From Octopus sinensis (taxonomy: Eukaryota): a stretch of 64,000 nucleotides of DNA. Below the pieces are notes generated by a model. That model had not been told where the DNA came from and did not search any database. It saw only the letters and a list, made by a program, of their open reading frames with translations. Positions within the stretch are counted from its first letter, which is position 1. Each line of letters begins with the position of its first letter. Made by a program: the position numbers and the translations under genes. Of this stretch, positions 39,232 through 52,969 are shown piece by piece. The stretch lies in the NCBI RefSeq assembly GCF_006345805.1, contig NC_042999.1:172298001-172362000 (forward strand), given 5' to 3'.

Positions 39232-39569
39232 AGGGTGAAAAATCGAGTATTAATTTGATAGATATCAATTTAAAACCAGTGGTATAGCATACAGAAAAAT
39301 CTGAAGACTCAGAAAAATTATATTACACACATATAAGAGGGATGACCGCTAAGTGAACATCGACCACCTATGGTCTTCCACTAAGATAGAATGTTCTCAA
39401 GAAAATTTTAGCAAACGCCAGAACGTAAGCGAGCAAGACAAATGAAAAGATACAAAAGATTGCTAAAATTTTTTTTTATAACATTAACATTCCTTTCTTA
39501 GTGGTAAGACCATAGGGGGGCGACTTCTAGCATAAGGATGTCCACTTAGTAGTTATCCCTCTTATATGT
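39232..39569. repeat. Shared AAACCAGTGGT module followed by an imperfect fold-back (arms 39329-39413 and 39460-39569)
   Basis: The module is homologous to 15813-15880; arms ACATATAAGAGGGATGACCGCTAAGTG.. versus ..CACTTAGTAGTTATCCCTCTTATATGT. Confidence 0.8.
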
Positions 39570-39630
39570 ATATCTACACACACACACTCACAAAACACAA
39601 ACACACACACACACATATATATATATATAT

Positions 39631-39716
<86 letters not shown>

Positions 39717-40137
39717 TATATATATATAATATATATATATAATATATATATATATACATATAGTAAGAATATTATGAATTACTCGTCAGTTTCACTGCAG
39801 TTGTTCGATCAGCTATCAGCTTACTCGTGGCTGTGTATTCTGTAGACGCATAAAGCATTTTTATTTTTTCAGGTTGAATCTGTCTGACAAAATGTGTGAA
39901 CGTTTGTTCATCAAATTATAGGTAAAACCCAACCGAAGGGCCTCGTGGAATTTTGTTGTTAATTATACTTTTATAGTAAAGGGATTTATATTACTTATAC
40001 ATATATAAATCAACTTTCGTTTCCACAAATAAACAGCAAATATATACGATACTCACTCTCCATCAGGAATCCGTACACAACAATGAGAAAATGTTTCTCT
40101 GCTAAGCAACTGTTTCATTCAAGCGAATAGTCCATAA

Positions 40138-40539
40138 TATTATTTTCTACTGTAGGCACAACGCCCGAAAATTTGGGGCAGGGGACGAGTTGATTAGATA
40201 GATCCTAGTACACAACTGGTACTTAATTTATCGACCCCGAAAGAATGAAAGGCAAAGTCGACCTCGGCGGAATTTGAACTCAGAACGTAACAGCAGACAA
40301 AATACCTATTTCTTTACTACCCACAAGGGGCTAAACACAGAGAGGACAAACAAGGACAGACAAACGGATTAAGTCGATTACATGGACTCCAGTGAATAAC
40401 TGGTATTTAATTTATCGACCCCGAAAGAAGGAAAGTTAAAGTCGACCTCGGCGGAATTTGAACTCAGAACATAACGTCAGACGAAATACCGCTAAGTATT
40501 TCGCCGGCGTGCTAACGATTCTGCCAGCTCGCCGCCTTG
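40138..40539 (-). mobile_element. Dimeric Nin/Deu-domain tRNA SINE
   Basis: Two tandem copies of TTTATCGACCCCGAAAG..AAAGTCGACCTCGGCGGAATTTGAACTCAGAAC; complete head GGCGGCGAGCTGGCAGAATCGTTAGCACGCC on the minus strand. Confidence 0.9.
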
Positions 40540-41411
40540 CGGAATCCATAATGTTGAAGTACAAGTGAGGTTGTGCTAGTGAGTGTTGCGTGTGTTTGGT
40601 GTGTTTCTTTGGATGTGCATATCTTTGTGTATGTGCGTGTATGTGTGTTTGAGTATATATGTGGCGTTAGAGTGTGAGTGCTTGTAAATGTCTTAAATAT
40701 GTCTGTATATGTTTGTGCGTAAATGTGTATACGTGTCTATGTTTGTATGTGTATGTGTGTGTGTGCGTCTGTGAATGTGTGCTTGCTATTGATTCGGATG
40801 CAATATACCAATGAAATATCGTCTGCAAAGGCAATGGCTATAGAGTTATTTGATTTGAGGAGACGCTGATAATTATAATCTTCAAAGGTGAAAATACGAC
40901 AGGAAGTTAGGTTGTGAAACAGCTTTCAGACCATACAGCGAAGGAAAACTGCTGTCTATATCTAATGGTCGTTTTACATGACTTACGGTATTAGTGGGAT
41001 GGGACGTATGTGAGTATGTATATATATGTAAGTAGGTATATATGGATATGTATGTAGGGGAGGAGTGCGTGTGTGTACGTGAGTGCTCATGCCGGGGAAC
41101 GTTTCCGAATGCCAATTTAATATATATATGGATATGTGTGTATCGGAGTTATACGAGAACATTCTACTGTCTGTGTGAGATATTCTGTAATAATTCACAT
41201 GTAAGTGTGCGTGTGTGTGTGTCCGTATGAGTATGTGCGTGTGTGCCTGTAAGTGTGTGTGTATGTGTGTATACATATGTATACACACATATGTATATAT
41301 GTGTATGCCTACATATATATATATATATGTGTGTGTGTGTATATATGTATATGAATATGAATATATATATATTCATTTTATATATATGCATATATTCATA
41401 TATATATGAAT

Positions 41412-41458
<47 letters not shown>

Positions 41459-41535
41459 AAAATTATTCATAAATGCAGTCAAGTATGTTAACTATCAAAT
41501 TTATCTGTACGTCCCAAAATAATACATAACTACAA

Positions 41536-41596
<61 letters not shown>

Positions 41597-41647
41597 TATA
41601 TATATACACATCTATATATACATACATATATCTATATACATACATAC

Positions 41648-41687
<40 letters not shown>

Positions 41688-42877
41688 TATACGTATATTC
41701 ATATATACATAATGCATACAAACATACATATAAGCTTGTGAGACACTTGATGAGAGCTCGCGTGTTAAAACTAATCTCGCTGTGTATTGGGAGGTTCATT
41801 ACGCCAATAATAATAACACACCTACTGCTTTATTACCGCTTTTTTATTGTTAGACAAGTGGTTAAATATCTAACCAAATCAATTAATCGGTTCTCTGTTT
41901 AATATGCTTGCTAAAAGCACCCTCACACACACGCACATATTTATATCTCCAGGACTGTATACGCATATGCGTACGTGTTACTGAACGTATGAGACTCCTA
42001 GTTGTGAACCTCTATTATATTTAACAGACTGATATGTACACACACTATCATTTTATCATGAATGAAATAGCAAGATGTCTTAAAATTGTCAGTTACCTAA
42101 GCTTCTTAACATTTTTGGAATAAATTCTTTATCGTTTTGGCTCTGACATTTAAAGCTGTAATTTCAAATACCGTATCATTTTTGAGACCGGTTACAATAT
42201 GGGTATCACTCGTGGGAGGAGAGATAGCAGATATCTTTGGGTTCAAAAGAAATGTCCTTCTCATTCTATCAGCAATGTTAGTAACGACTGTAGTGACGAG
42301 CTGCAAAGCCTTCAAAATGTGACTTAATTCTTGGACAGCATCAGTGAGGCTGGAGGGTTTTTTCTTGAGCAGGCTGGCAACTCTTTATGTCTAGAAAGAC
42401 AGCATTTCATTAGACGGAGAAGTAGATCGATATTTAGGCTTAACTAACAGAGACAAGATGACTATATACACCTCCTCACGCCCCATATATATATATATAT
42501 ATTGAGAGAGAGAGAGAGAGAAAGAGATAGATAGACAGATGGATAGACAGATAGATAGATAGATATATAGATAGATAGACAGACAGACAGATAGATAGGC
42601 AGGATATATATACGTATAGTAAATATATGTATATATGGCAAGGGTATCCGTTTCAGGCCTATACCCAAATATGTGTGTGTGAGAGAGTGTGTGTATGCGT
42701 GTGTATGTGTGCGTGTTCGTATAGATACCACAGGAGACAGATGCACAATGGCGAACGGGAAGTGTGCATATGTGTGTTGCATATGTGTCTCCAAATAGTT
42801 ATCATCGGAAGCCAAGGTATTTCACTAGTTCGAAATAATGGTTAGCGTGATATAGGCAGGCCTGTCACTAATATATA

Positions 42878-42916
<39 letters not shown>

Positions 42917-42960
42917 AACGCACAAAAACACACACACATCTACACATACATTTATATATG

Positions 42961-43069
<109 letters not shown>

Positions 43070-45569
43070 ATGTGTGTGTGTGTATATATGTATATATATA
43101 TATATATATGTATATATATGTGTGTATATATACATGTATATATATATATGTGTGTGTATATATATGTATGTATATATATGTGTATATATATATGTATATA
43201 TATATATATAATGATATTTTAACATCAATACTAGAACAAAAATGCGTATTTGTATATAAAATGGGCATTGAAGATGGAAGCCAAGTACATTCAAACATAG
43301 ATATCAGAATCGATTTACTGTCCTGAACAAAACCTTGGCATTCAAAGTCTATTTCAATAAATAGTGCAAATGTCTGTTTTACCAATTGAAACTGCTTCTC
43401 GTATAATTCATCTGAGTTAACTTAATTTACGATATTCATTCATTCTACGGTATTGAAGAACTGTGCCATTTATTTGTTACATTAACGGTTTATTTTTGTT
43501 TTTATTCTCTAATAATGTTTTTCGTTTTTGTGTTTTTTTATTCGGTGTTGCTTTATGTACATAAGAATTTTGCGGTGGCTGTCCATCCAACAGTGAAATA
43601 TATGTTTATACGGGAGTTGTGCGTATTCAAACCAATTCTCTTATACGTTATACATTTGGACACACTAGCAGACAAACACACACACAGACTAACACACACA
43701 CATGCACACACACACACACAGGCAAACACACACACACTCACTCACGCACACACGGACCTACACACAAGAACACAAACACTAAAAATGTATATATATATGT
43801 AATTAAACAGATATATAAATGTCAAGTATGTGTGTACGTGTATATACATTGCTTACCAAAATACACACACACATACATATATATATACATATGTATGTAT
43901 TGTATGTATATATGTATGTACGTATGTCCAACTCGGTTCGTTCGTTATACTCCTGTGTTGATTGCAATTTCCCTAAACACAGAAAACTTAAAATCACGTA
44001 CACACAGACACACACACGTGTGTGTGTATGTGCGTTTGCGTGTGGTTGTGTATGTGTGTGTGTGTGTACATGCTCATATACGTAAAACAGCCGTCGAATA
44101 CCAAAGGTACATACAATAACATAATGCTCCATTTAGATAAATAGGCTTCAGAAAAAGTTACCCAGACATGCACATTAACGATTGTCAGGTACCTGGAAAT
44201 ATCTTGAAAGATACCATGTCTTATATATGGTCTAATGCGGTGTAATGATAAATACTTAGTTACTCATCAAGCATACATTTAAACATACCACGTTACTACT
44301 TTTGATTATAAAAGGAAACTATTGGTTGAAACCGATTGACATTTACAGAAGTATTTAAAAAGGTCAGTCGAAACTGAATGGAAAACTAAAATATAAAAAG
44401 TTCTTATATATGTTGAAATATATACATATATAACAGATACAGTGAAGGAAATGATGATAAGTTTTTAAAAATTATTGTTAAACGAAAACAATTAAAATGA
44501 AAAATTACCACAAAGCCAAAGGTGTAAAGCAAAGAAGTAATTCAAAAGTACATAAGTATATAAGCTCGCTATAAAGAAGGACGATTTGCAGGCAAAGTCG
44601 AAATGGAACTCACAGAAGAATATCTGAAAGAGAGAAAATAGCAGAAGTTAGAAGGAATATGTTAAAGGATAGGAAAAGAAAAGGATGTGCAGGATAAGCA
44701 AAAGAATACTGAAATTGACAAATTGTATCAAATATGGAGAAATACCAAGTGCAATTCATGAGGGAGCTTTAAGCGATTAGAAAACATGTACAAGATAGAG
44801 AAATTAGATAAAGTGGTATTATTTGTGAAGGGTACAAAGAAGGCAAAAAATAAAGAAATACGGGAATAATATTATAGTGGAAAAGTCCATCAAACTAAAA
44901 AGGACGAAATTCAATTTCGCCAAAAATGTAAAGACGTCGAGAAGATATTCATGGAAATGTATGAAAAAGTCGATCCAATTAATTCCGTGAAGGAGTAACA
45001 ATTTAAAAAAAATTGTGTAATAAAAGGAATAATAAAAGACGTGTCTATAACCTATACTTTGATCGATAAATGTTCATACTGAAAAATGAAATCATATATC
45101 TCTCATGAAATTATATAAATATCGAATAGGACAATTGAAATTCAGGATTACAAAAATATACTAAAATACATCTATCATATTCGAAGTCATGATAAAAACA
45201 ATAAAGTCTATGCGGTATTGGGAAGCTGCAATATTAATATATTAATCTTTCCGTGGCAGAAATCAGAATCAGACACTACGAAGAGTGCCTGCCACAGTTC
45301 AATAGTTTAGATTTACGGTTCGAGGCCGAATTGTCATGAAATAGGGCAAAATATTTTTCATCTAAGCATGACTGACATTTTATAGAATTTCGGTAGGACA
45401 CATACCTGTCTAGGCTTGCTCTTTCTCAGACAGACTCTCGATTTTGGAACAGATGGAAACAGATCCTTTTAAATGGCATAGTTATTTTTATAAAATCATT
45501 AATGTTCTACTTTCTCGATAATTAACTGAATGTTCGTGTCTATATATATATGTATATATATATACAACA

Positions 45570-47190
45570 GAATGTATTGACATTGGCGAAAAAGATGTCC
45601 TACTAGCCATAGATGAAGTGGACACAAACTCAACTGCTGGTCCAGATGGTTTCCCAGCAATCCTCCTCAAAGCGTGTAAGCATGCCCTGGCAAAACCCCT
45701 CAAGATTCTCTTCCAGAGCTTTCTTGCGAATGGCAAACTGCCAAGCAAGCTGAAGGAGGGAATAATATGCCCAATACATAAAGGGGGAAGTAGAGCAGAT
45801 GCCAAAAACTATCTCTCTGACTTCACACATCAGCAAAGTCATGGAACGGATAGTCAGAAAGAAACTAATCGCATTCCTTGAGGAAAATAACTTGCTGAGT
45901 GATACCCAGCATGGTTTTCGACCAAGTAGGAGCTGCCTGACCCAGCTCTTACAACATTATGACTGGGTGTTGAGGCAGTTACTCTAAAACAAATGTGGAC
46001 GTAATCTACCTTGATTTTGCAAAAGCTTTTGACAAGGTGGATCATGGTATGATATGCCACAAACTGCGTGACCTCGGCATAGCTGGAAAACTTGGAGTGT
46101 GGTTACATGACTTCCTGTAAGATAGGAGTCAGGCAGTAGTGGTTAATGGAGCCACCTCTATGAACACACAAATAGTGAGTGGTGTTTCACAGGGCACTGT
46201 CTTGGGACCACTACTTTTTATAGTGGCCCTCTCAGATATGCCCTCAAATGCCCGGATAGCCACTCTGGCAAGCTATGCAGACGATACGAAAGTCTCGCAG
46301 AAAATACAGAACCCCAGCCATGTTGCACACACCTGCAGCAGGAGTTGGACTCAATGTACAGATGGGCTGAGGATAATAATATGCAGTTTAATGCTGAAAA
46401 ATTCCAGGCCCTGCGCTACCAGCATCCAAAACTGAATATTAAACTTATAGGATACACCGGTCCACAGGGAATTTCAATCCCAGAGCCTAAGTCTGTGAGG
46501 GACCTGGGTATCGACATGAGTGATGATACCTATTTCCAAGTGCACATTACCAGGATGGCGACAAAGTGCAGACAACTGGCTGGCTGGATCCTAAGAACAT
46601 TCAGAACCAGAGATAAGGAAACCATGATGGTCCTCTGGCGGACATTCGTCCTCAGCCGCCTGGATTACTGCTCACAGCTATGGTCACCCACCAGTGTGAA
46701 ATTAACAGCGGACCTTGAAGCAATCCAGAGAAGATTCACAAAGAAGATCGTCTCTTTGTAACAGTTCAGCTACTGGGAAAGGTTGAAACAGCTAAGACTC
46801 TACTCCCTGGAGAGAAGACGGGAAAGGTATGCAGTAATATATGTCTGGAACGACACTGCATAGTGCCAAAGATCCCAGCAATGCCATCAGGCTTCTGCAA
46901 CAGCCTGGGTTTCAAGGGCCCACAGCTTTTTAATATTCTCCCAAAGAGTCTGAGGAACTTGCACAAAGTAGATGTAGCGGTTTTTAAATCAAAGCTGGAC
47001 ATCTTCCTGTCGAGAGTCCCAGATGAACCTACCTCACGGCAAGAGGTGCAAATGAGAGTAACTATGTCAAACTCCATTCTTCACCAAGTGCCACATATTA
47101 GAGGAGGTTCTTCGTAATAACAGCGTAACACAAAACGGCAGTGCATTAGCGTGGCCACAGCTCTGAGCTGAAACAAGCAAAGAAAAAAAA
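45570..47190 (+). mobile_element. 5'-truncated CR1/L2-type LINE (RT and 3' end), same family as 29580-33960 but inverted
   Basis: TAGPDGFPAILLK, YLDFAKAFDKVDHG, GVSQGTVLGPLLF, YADDT, RLDYCSQLWSP, VPDEP; tail GCGTGGCCACAGCTCTGAGCTGAAAC + A-run. Confidence 0.95.
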
Positions 47191-47204
47191 ATATATATAT
47201 ATAT

Positions 47205-47410
47205 ATGTGTGTGTGTTTTCTCTGTGTGTCATAGCTCGTCTTCATCACCGCTTGACAACCGTCACCGTAACTTACCAGGTTGCAGAAAGATACCGATAGA
47301 ATATGCACAAAACATTGAAAAATGAATACTGGGGCCAAACAATTCGATAAAAATTCTTCAAAGCGTTACCCCATCATGCCGTCGGTGTAATGACTGAAAG
47401 AAGTAAAACA
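47205..47410 (+). mobile_element. SINE sharing a 3' tail with the CR1/L2-type LINE
   Basis: (TG)n..CATCACCGCTTGACAACC..CGATAGAATA..CATCATGCCG..AATGACTGAAAGAAG; same family as 63875-64000. Confidence 0.65.
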
Positions 47411-47606
47411 TTAAAACAGTTTAACAGCTAAGATAGAACGTATTGAAAATTCTCTTGGGTCTTGAAAACTGGAAAGTCTTTCTAAATTTATATATTTTAT
47501 TTCCTGATATGAGACTGTCGCAGGGCAAAACAGATACTGTACTTTGTCCTGCTGTACTTACATATGCACACGCGCGTAAATAAATATTATATATATTTAT
47601 AAATAT

Positions 47607-47669
<63 letters not shown>

Positions 47670-47716
47670 CGTATGTATGTATACTTATATACATACATAC
47701 ATTATATATATATGTA

Positions 47717-47840
<124 letters not shown>

Positions 47841-48324
47841 CATACATTTATATATAGTGATATATAACCAAGAAAATCTAACTTTATTGAGAAGATATAT
47901 ACACGTATAGTGACAAATACATTTATTTTTTTATTTTGTTATAATTTCCATGTGAAAGTAAAAATTGGGATAAAATTCATAGTGTTTTAAATTGCGAACT
48001 GTTTCTAGGACTAGAGGATTACGTAACAGTTGTAATGTTCAGATGGAATGCCCAAAACGTCATGGGTATGCATGAAGTAGATGGATGCTTCGAGACATTA
48101 CCGTAATACCGACTTCATTCCTGAGGAAGAAAAGTAGTAGTTAGTAGTTCGTTGAAAAAGAGAAAGAGAGAAGTGAGAAGCCGCTAGAGGGGGGATGCAG
48201 ACGGCTTAAGGAAGGGAAACGGAGAAGTAGCAGAAGAGCAAGTAGAGATTAGAACTAAAATGCGAGGAGAGGAACGGTAAAGTGAATGAGGAGATGACTG
48301 AAGAGAAATAGTATATATACTACA

Positions 48325-48625
48325 AGTAATATATATCACCGTGATCACCATGACCGACCAGGATATCAGTTGTTGCTACACATAGCTGGTCTCAATGCGC
48401 TTCGCATTGTTTTAGCCTTCTAAGCGAGCAGGGCAATAGAAGAAAGTGAGACAAAGTTGTGGCGAAAGAGTATAGCTGGGATCGCCATCACACTTTGCCG
48501 TAGCCTCGAGGAACAGTAGGCGTTTTCGCTCGATGAACACTCACAACACCCGGTCTAGGAATTGAAACCACGATCCTACAACCATGAGTCCGCTGCCCTA
48601 ACCACTGGGCCATTGCGCCTCCACA
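48325..48625 (-). mobile_element. tRNA-derived SINE
   Basis: Minus-strand head GTGGAGGCGCAATGGCCCAGTGGTTAGGGCAGCGGACTCATGGTTGTAGGATCGTGGTTTCAATTCC with A and B boxes. Confidence 0.85.
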
Positions 48626-50439
48626 CAAGTAATATATATATACACACACACACAAAGAGAGAGCGAGAGGGATACATATATGTACATATATACATATACG
48701 CGCTCACATGCATAAGCCTGTATGCATGTAGGTTTGTTTGCGTACATGTGTGTTTGTTGTGCGTGCGTATGCGTATACACATACATATATTTTGCGGGTA
48801 CACATAGGCACATGTAGTTAGATAGTCAAAGAGGAGAGAAGAGACAGACAGGCGGTGAGACAGGCACAAATAGAAAACGATAGATTCATTTCTTTTCATA
48901 TTTTTCTGCGCATTCATGCTTATGACCGTTGTTTTCGTTGGAAACTCATGGAAACGCAAGCTTCTAATAATACAAAGAATATATAATAGAAATGTCGGGG
49001 TAGGTGTATTCGTGTAACTGAGATATATATTTAGGTAGATTATTGAACATTTTACTCATGGTTCATAGAATCAAAGTCAATGCATCTCTACTTTTGAAAA
49101 AAATAAAAGCTATTTTTACTTCATTTTTGTCAGTTCAGTTATTAAAGCAATGCACTTGAGAATTATATTTGGATTAGACTAGTGACCTATTCTGGTGGAA
49201 GTTTATATCTCATTCATCATACAGCATAAAACGGAAGCTAAACAGTAGCTTTCAGTATAGACTTGGTAGCTATGACATAAGAGTCGCATATTAATTCCCC
49301 AATGTGTCAGTTTTTAAAGAGATAAAACACTTCAGATCTCATCAAACACTTCCATACTGTTAAAATAGCGCGGATCGATTGAGGTTTTAGTGAATATGCA
49401 AATTTCCTCAGGAAATTAAAAACATGACAGGTCTTTGTATTATCTAAATGTACACAATTCTATATGAATTATATATTTTTCAGTCTGACAATAGTTCTCA
49501 GGGTACTTAGAATAAATAAATATTCCGTTTTTTTGTTAGTCTTTTTCAATCAATTGCTTGAAGCCGATCGCATGCATTTGTTTTTTATAACCAGATTTCC
49601 TAATCTGTTTACTCTCAGTAATTATTTGAGAAGATCACAATTGTGTAGCTGTGAAGATTGAGTGCCCAGCAGCATCTGAAAGAGTCAATATTTCTTATCT
49701 TTCCCCCATTTCTATCTTATCTCGTTATATATTATTTCTCCAGCAAGATTGGTCTACATATCTGCAAATAGTTATACGATATGAATAGATTTCACAATAG
49801 AAATCAGATAACACTGAATTAATAATAAATACTTATTTTATTCCTCATCATCTGGTCGGCGATTTATGTCTATGAGAACTATTGATCGCTGTGATATGAG
49901 AAATGAAGTGTCCCCGTCCACGGCTTCTTGTCCTCAGCTGCCATGGTGATGCTGTTATTATGAAAGCCTAATCAGCAAATACTTCACTTAACGATGTTCT
50001 TGTACAACACTCAAGACAGACTTCGATTTCTAGTTAGCTACAAAATGTATTATTGGCGACGAAATTACTTCAAATATTTAAGCATGCACCCAACAAGTAA
50101 GGATTCAGTACATCAATGTTATTTTCATATTAGTAATTTTGATCTTCACAGGTTTTAAGTTAGCCGTGACCGGGCGTTTCCAGCTGATATTCATGATGAC
50201 TGACATGTCACTTAAGAATGAATGTATAATATGATTCGTTTCTGGTATATCGCCCACGTCTTCGATCTCTGTACCGAGTGTGCATTATATTGCTGCTCAG
50301 TAAGATGCGCATTCCCCTATATCGACATGTGATTTTTGACCCACATTCGCACTTTCAACCACGTGAGTCCCAAACTCGAATTTTCGGGCGATTGTTTTTT
50401 GTTACTGAGCCAACCATCATTATAAAATGATTTGCTCCA

Positions 50440-51830
50440 CTATTATTTATTTTCTGTAAATAAAGTTTCAGGTTTTGCTGCCTAGATCAGGTCACTACTA
50501 GGCTGATAAACAGCTTCAGATGTGAATTTTGGAAGACCAATGTTGTGCCTGCATCAAATCAGCCACGCACTAAGCTCACCTGTCTACTTCTTTTACACTA
50601 TCGGAGGCAAAGTTACAATTACAAACAGGTAGCATTTCTCTCACTGTCATGTGTGTGGCTTTGGTCTAATCCCTTTGTGGCTTGATCAGAAGACTCCAAG
50701 AAAATGTTACAGTATACAACTTGCACACCAGGATAGAAACTGCACATATCAATGAAATCAACAACACTTTGCAACTAAATTGTTTGTTTTCGCACCCGCT
50801 CAACTTTAACTTCTGGATATACTGTTTAAATCGTGTCTTTCATTGTCTGAATTTATTGTAGATTGATTCAGTTTGGGGTTCCATGTAATATTTCTGGCAA
50901 GCTTTGTTATTTCATTCTAATTGTGTAGAAAGATTTGTATTCTAAAAGGCAGACCTGTTTTGATGTATTCATGTATGTTTACTGCATTTTTTGCATTACC
51001 ATGATTAATCATGTTGTTGGGGGGCGGGCTTTTCCCACGAATCCAATGTGTAGATCATTTCGTTTTTTTGTTGCTTTTGGTTTTTTTTTTCACAGAATTT
51101 TCTCCCTTTCCTATTACCAAATGTTCTTGTCAGTTCATTAGCTTAGGAGATACAATGAACGATTGTCAGTGATCAAAGCACTTGGTGGTCTGTTCTACAT
51201 CTTTCACATATCCATCAACTGCAATTAATATATACGTTATACTATACGAGTATAATGTAGCATTATATCATGCAGAAAATATTCTGTAGATTCTTTTGTT
51301 TGTAAATGATGTTAGTAAATATGGGCTCTGCTGGTGAACAACGTGAGATACAGTTGACATATTGTGTTGCAGTTTCCCCACACTATACCTCTCAATAACA
51401 TCAATCAACCACCTTGCATCTTGTCAAGTTGTTATTAGCTTGTCCCATGTGTAATACATTATTAGCTGGTCTCACTGGTCACCATGGATATGATTACTTT
51501 CTCTGAATTGTTGACCACTTCTATTGTTACGCAAGAGGTATCATGATAAGGAAAGAATTGAATGCAGCAGAGCAGACATTTCAACTTCATAATCAAATCA
51601 TTGACATCGATTTGTGCTTTGGAGGTGCTACACACTTGAAAAGAGATTGTCAAAAGAACGTCGACCCTATACCTGTGATACCAATTATTCTCATAGTCTG
51701 TTTATTCCACAGAGTACTGTGATATTGGGATTGTACATTTCAACTACTATGCGAAGGAAGCTGTGGGACTCTAAGAAATCACAAACTTCTGCTTGGCACC
51801 AAATGCAATCATTCCACTAAAGCAGATAGG
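50440..51830 (+). mobile_element. Highly decayed Ty3/gypsy-type pol remnant (RNase H and integrase)
   Basis: Fragments SHALSSPV, KLQLQTGS, LACPMCN, GHHGYDYFL*IVDHF, CFGGATHLKRD and FIPQSTV echo the TDAS, CxxC, YFLVIVDHFSK, FG.P..LHSD and YHPQSNG motifs. Confidence 0.55.
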
Positions 51831-52791
51831 ACCTACTCAATTTCTGTATCTTAGTAAATTCTCCGCTCTGTTCAAAGGTTGCAACAGCAGTTCTATTTCT
51901 TGGTAAGGTGGGGTTTTCGTAAGTTAATCGTTATTCAACTGGATTGTTCTGCACTGTTTAGAAAAAAAAAACGTAAATGCTAATAGATTTTGTAGTCACT
52001 AGTAATAGATTCACATGGGAGTTCGTGCGTTTCGTTTAGGCCTTGAAAGAAATCAAGCATCGATTCTACCATGTTCTCTGAATATCTAGCAATCATTTTC
52101 AAATGTTTTTCTTATCATTCTGTACGATGTCAAAACGGGTTGGTTTGCTACCATCATGGCGTAAGCCTCAAAATTGAACAGTAATTTGAAGCTTACAGAA
52201 TTTCCACTAATTTGATAAACTCAAAACATAAAAAGATCTGAAATCGATCACCTCGTCACGATACCATCCCTAAAAAGTCAGTGGGCGAAACGATTAGAGC
52301 ATTTCAAGATATTAACGAAGATATTATATGACTTCTACAATGTGAGTGGCATTAGCAACTTCAGTCAAACTGATTTATCACATTAATGAAAGACGAAGAC
52401 TTGAATAAAGTAGATAGATTATAAATTGATAAAATACAAGCGTAGATGTATAACAAACTGATGACAGTAAATGCAATTGATATGTACTGCATTCTTGACA
52501 CGTTTATGATGTGATTTCAGGTAACAATTTGTATACATGATACATTCCAAGAAAGAACAATAACGAAACAATTCTGAGAACACAAAAATTGTATTATATT
52601 TAATTATTTATGGAGTGCATTTACATAATATAATTTCCAGAAAATATGTTCTTCATTTCTAATATCTTTATAATTTTCTTTGTCTTCATTTGTCTCTGAC
52701 ATATTTGTAGGTTTTATATTCTGATTATATTTTTTAACAATTTCTCTTTAACTCTTTTCTAACCATGTATTATTATTTTCTTTCTTTTCAG

Positions 52792-52904
52792 GTAAGACTT
52801 AATACAATAAAGTGCATCCTACTCTCTGCAATGGTAAGCAAGATCAACATTCTGACAGCTGAAATAGGTATACTAATACTTGCAGTATTGTTTTTGGTCG
52901 TCAG
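52792..52904 (+). other. Candidate exon with strong acceptor; contains ATG 52831 and several possible donors (52792, 52834, 52868, 52905)
   Basis: Branch-like CTAAC (52759-63), pyrimidine tract, CAG| then GTAAGA; ATG|GTAAGC; read-through gives hydrophobic MVSKINILTAEIGILILAVLFLVV then AG|GTAACA. Confidence 0.4.
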
Positions 52905-52969
52905 GTAACATTCATACCTACAAAAACTTGTTAAAAGGACTTGTGGGAATTTATATAAATAGTTAATTA

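Noticed and set aside
39755-39800. Minus-strand CTGACGA-GTAA..TTAC half-hammerhead
   Set aside because: GAAA and stem III are absent (replaced by TA repeats); possibly a remnant but not callable.
41745-41780. Hammerhead-like TTGATGAGAGC..AAAACTAATC (similar decayed strings near 14300 and 47505)
   Set aside because: Several core substitutions without compensation, and the stems do not close.
44150-45230. A-rich, Lys/Glu-biased tract resembling an L1/Tx1 ORF remnant
   Set aside because: Stops in all frames and no diagnostic motif that I can identify.
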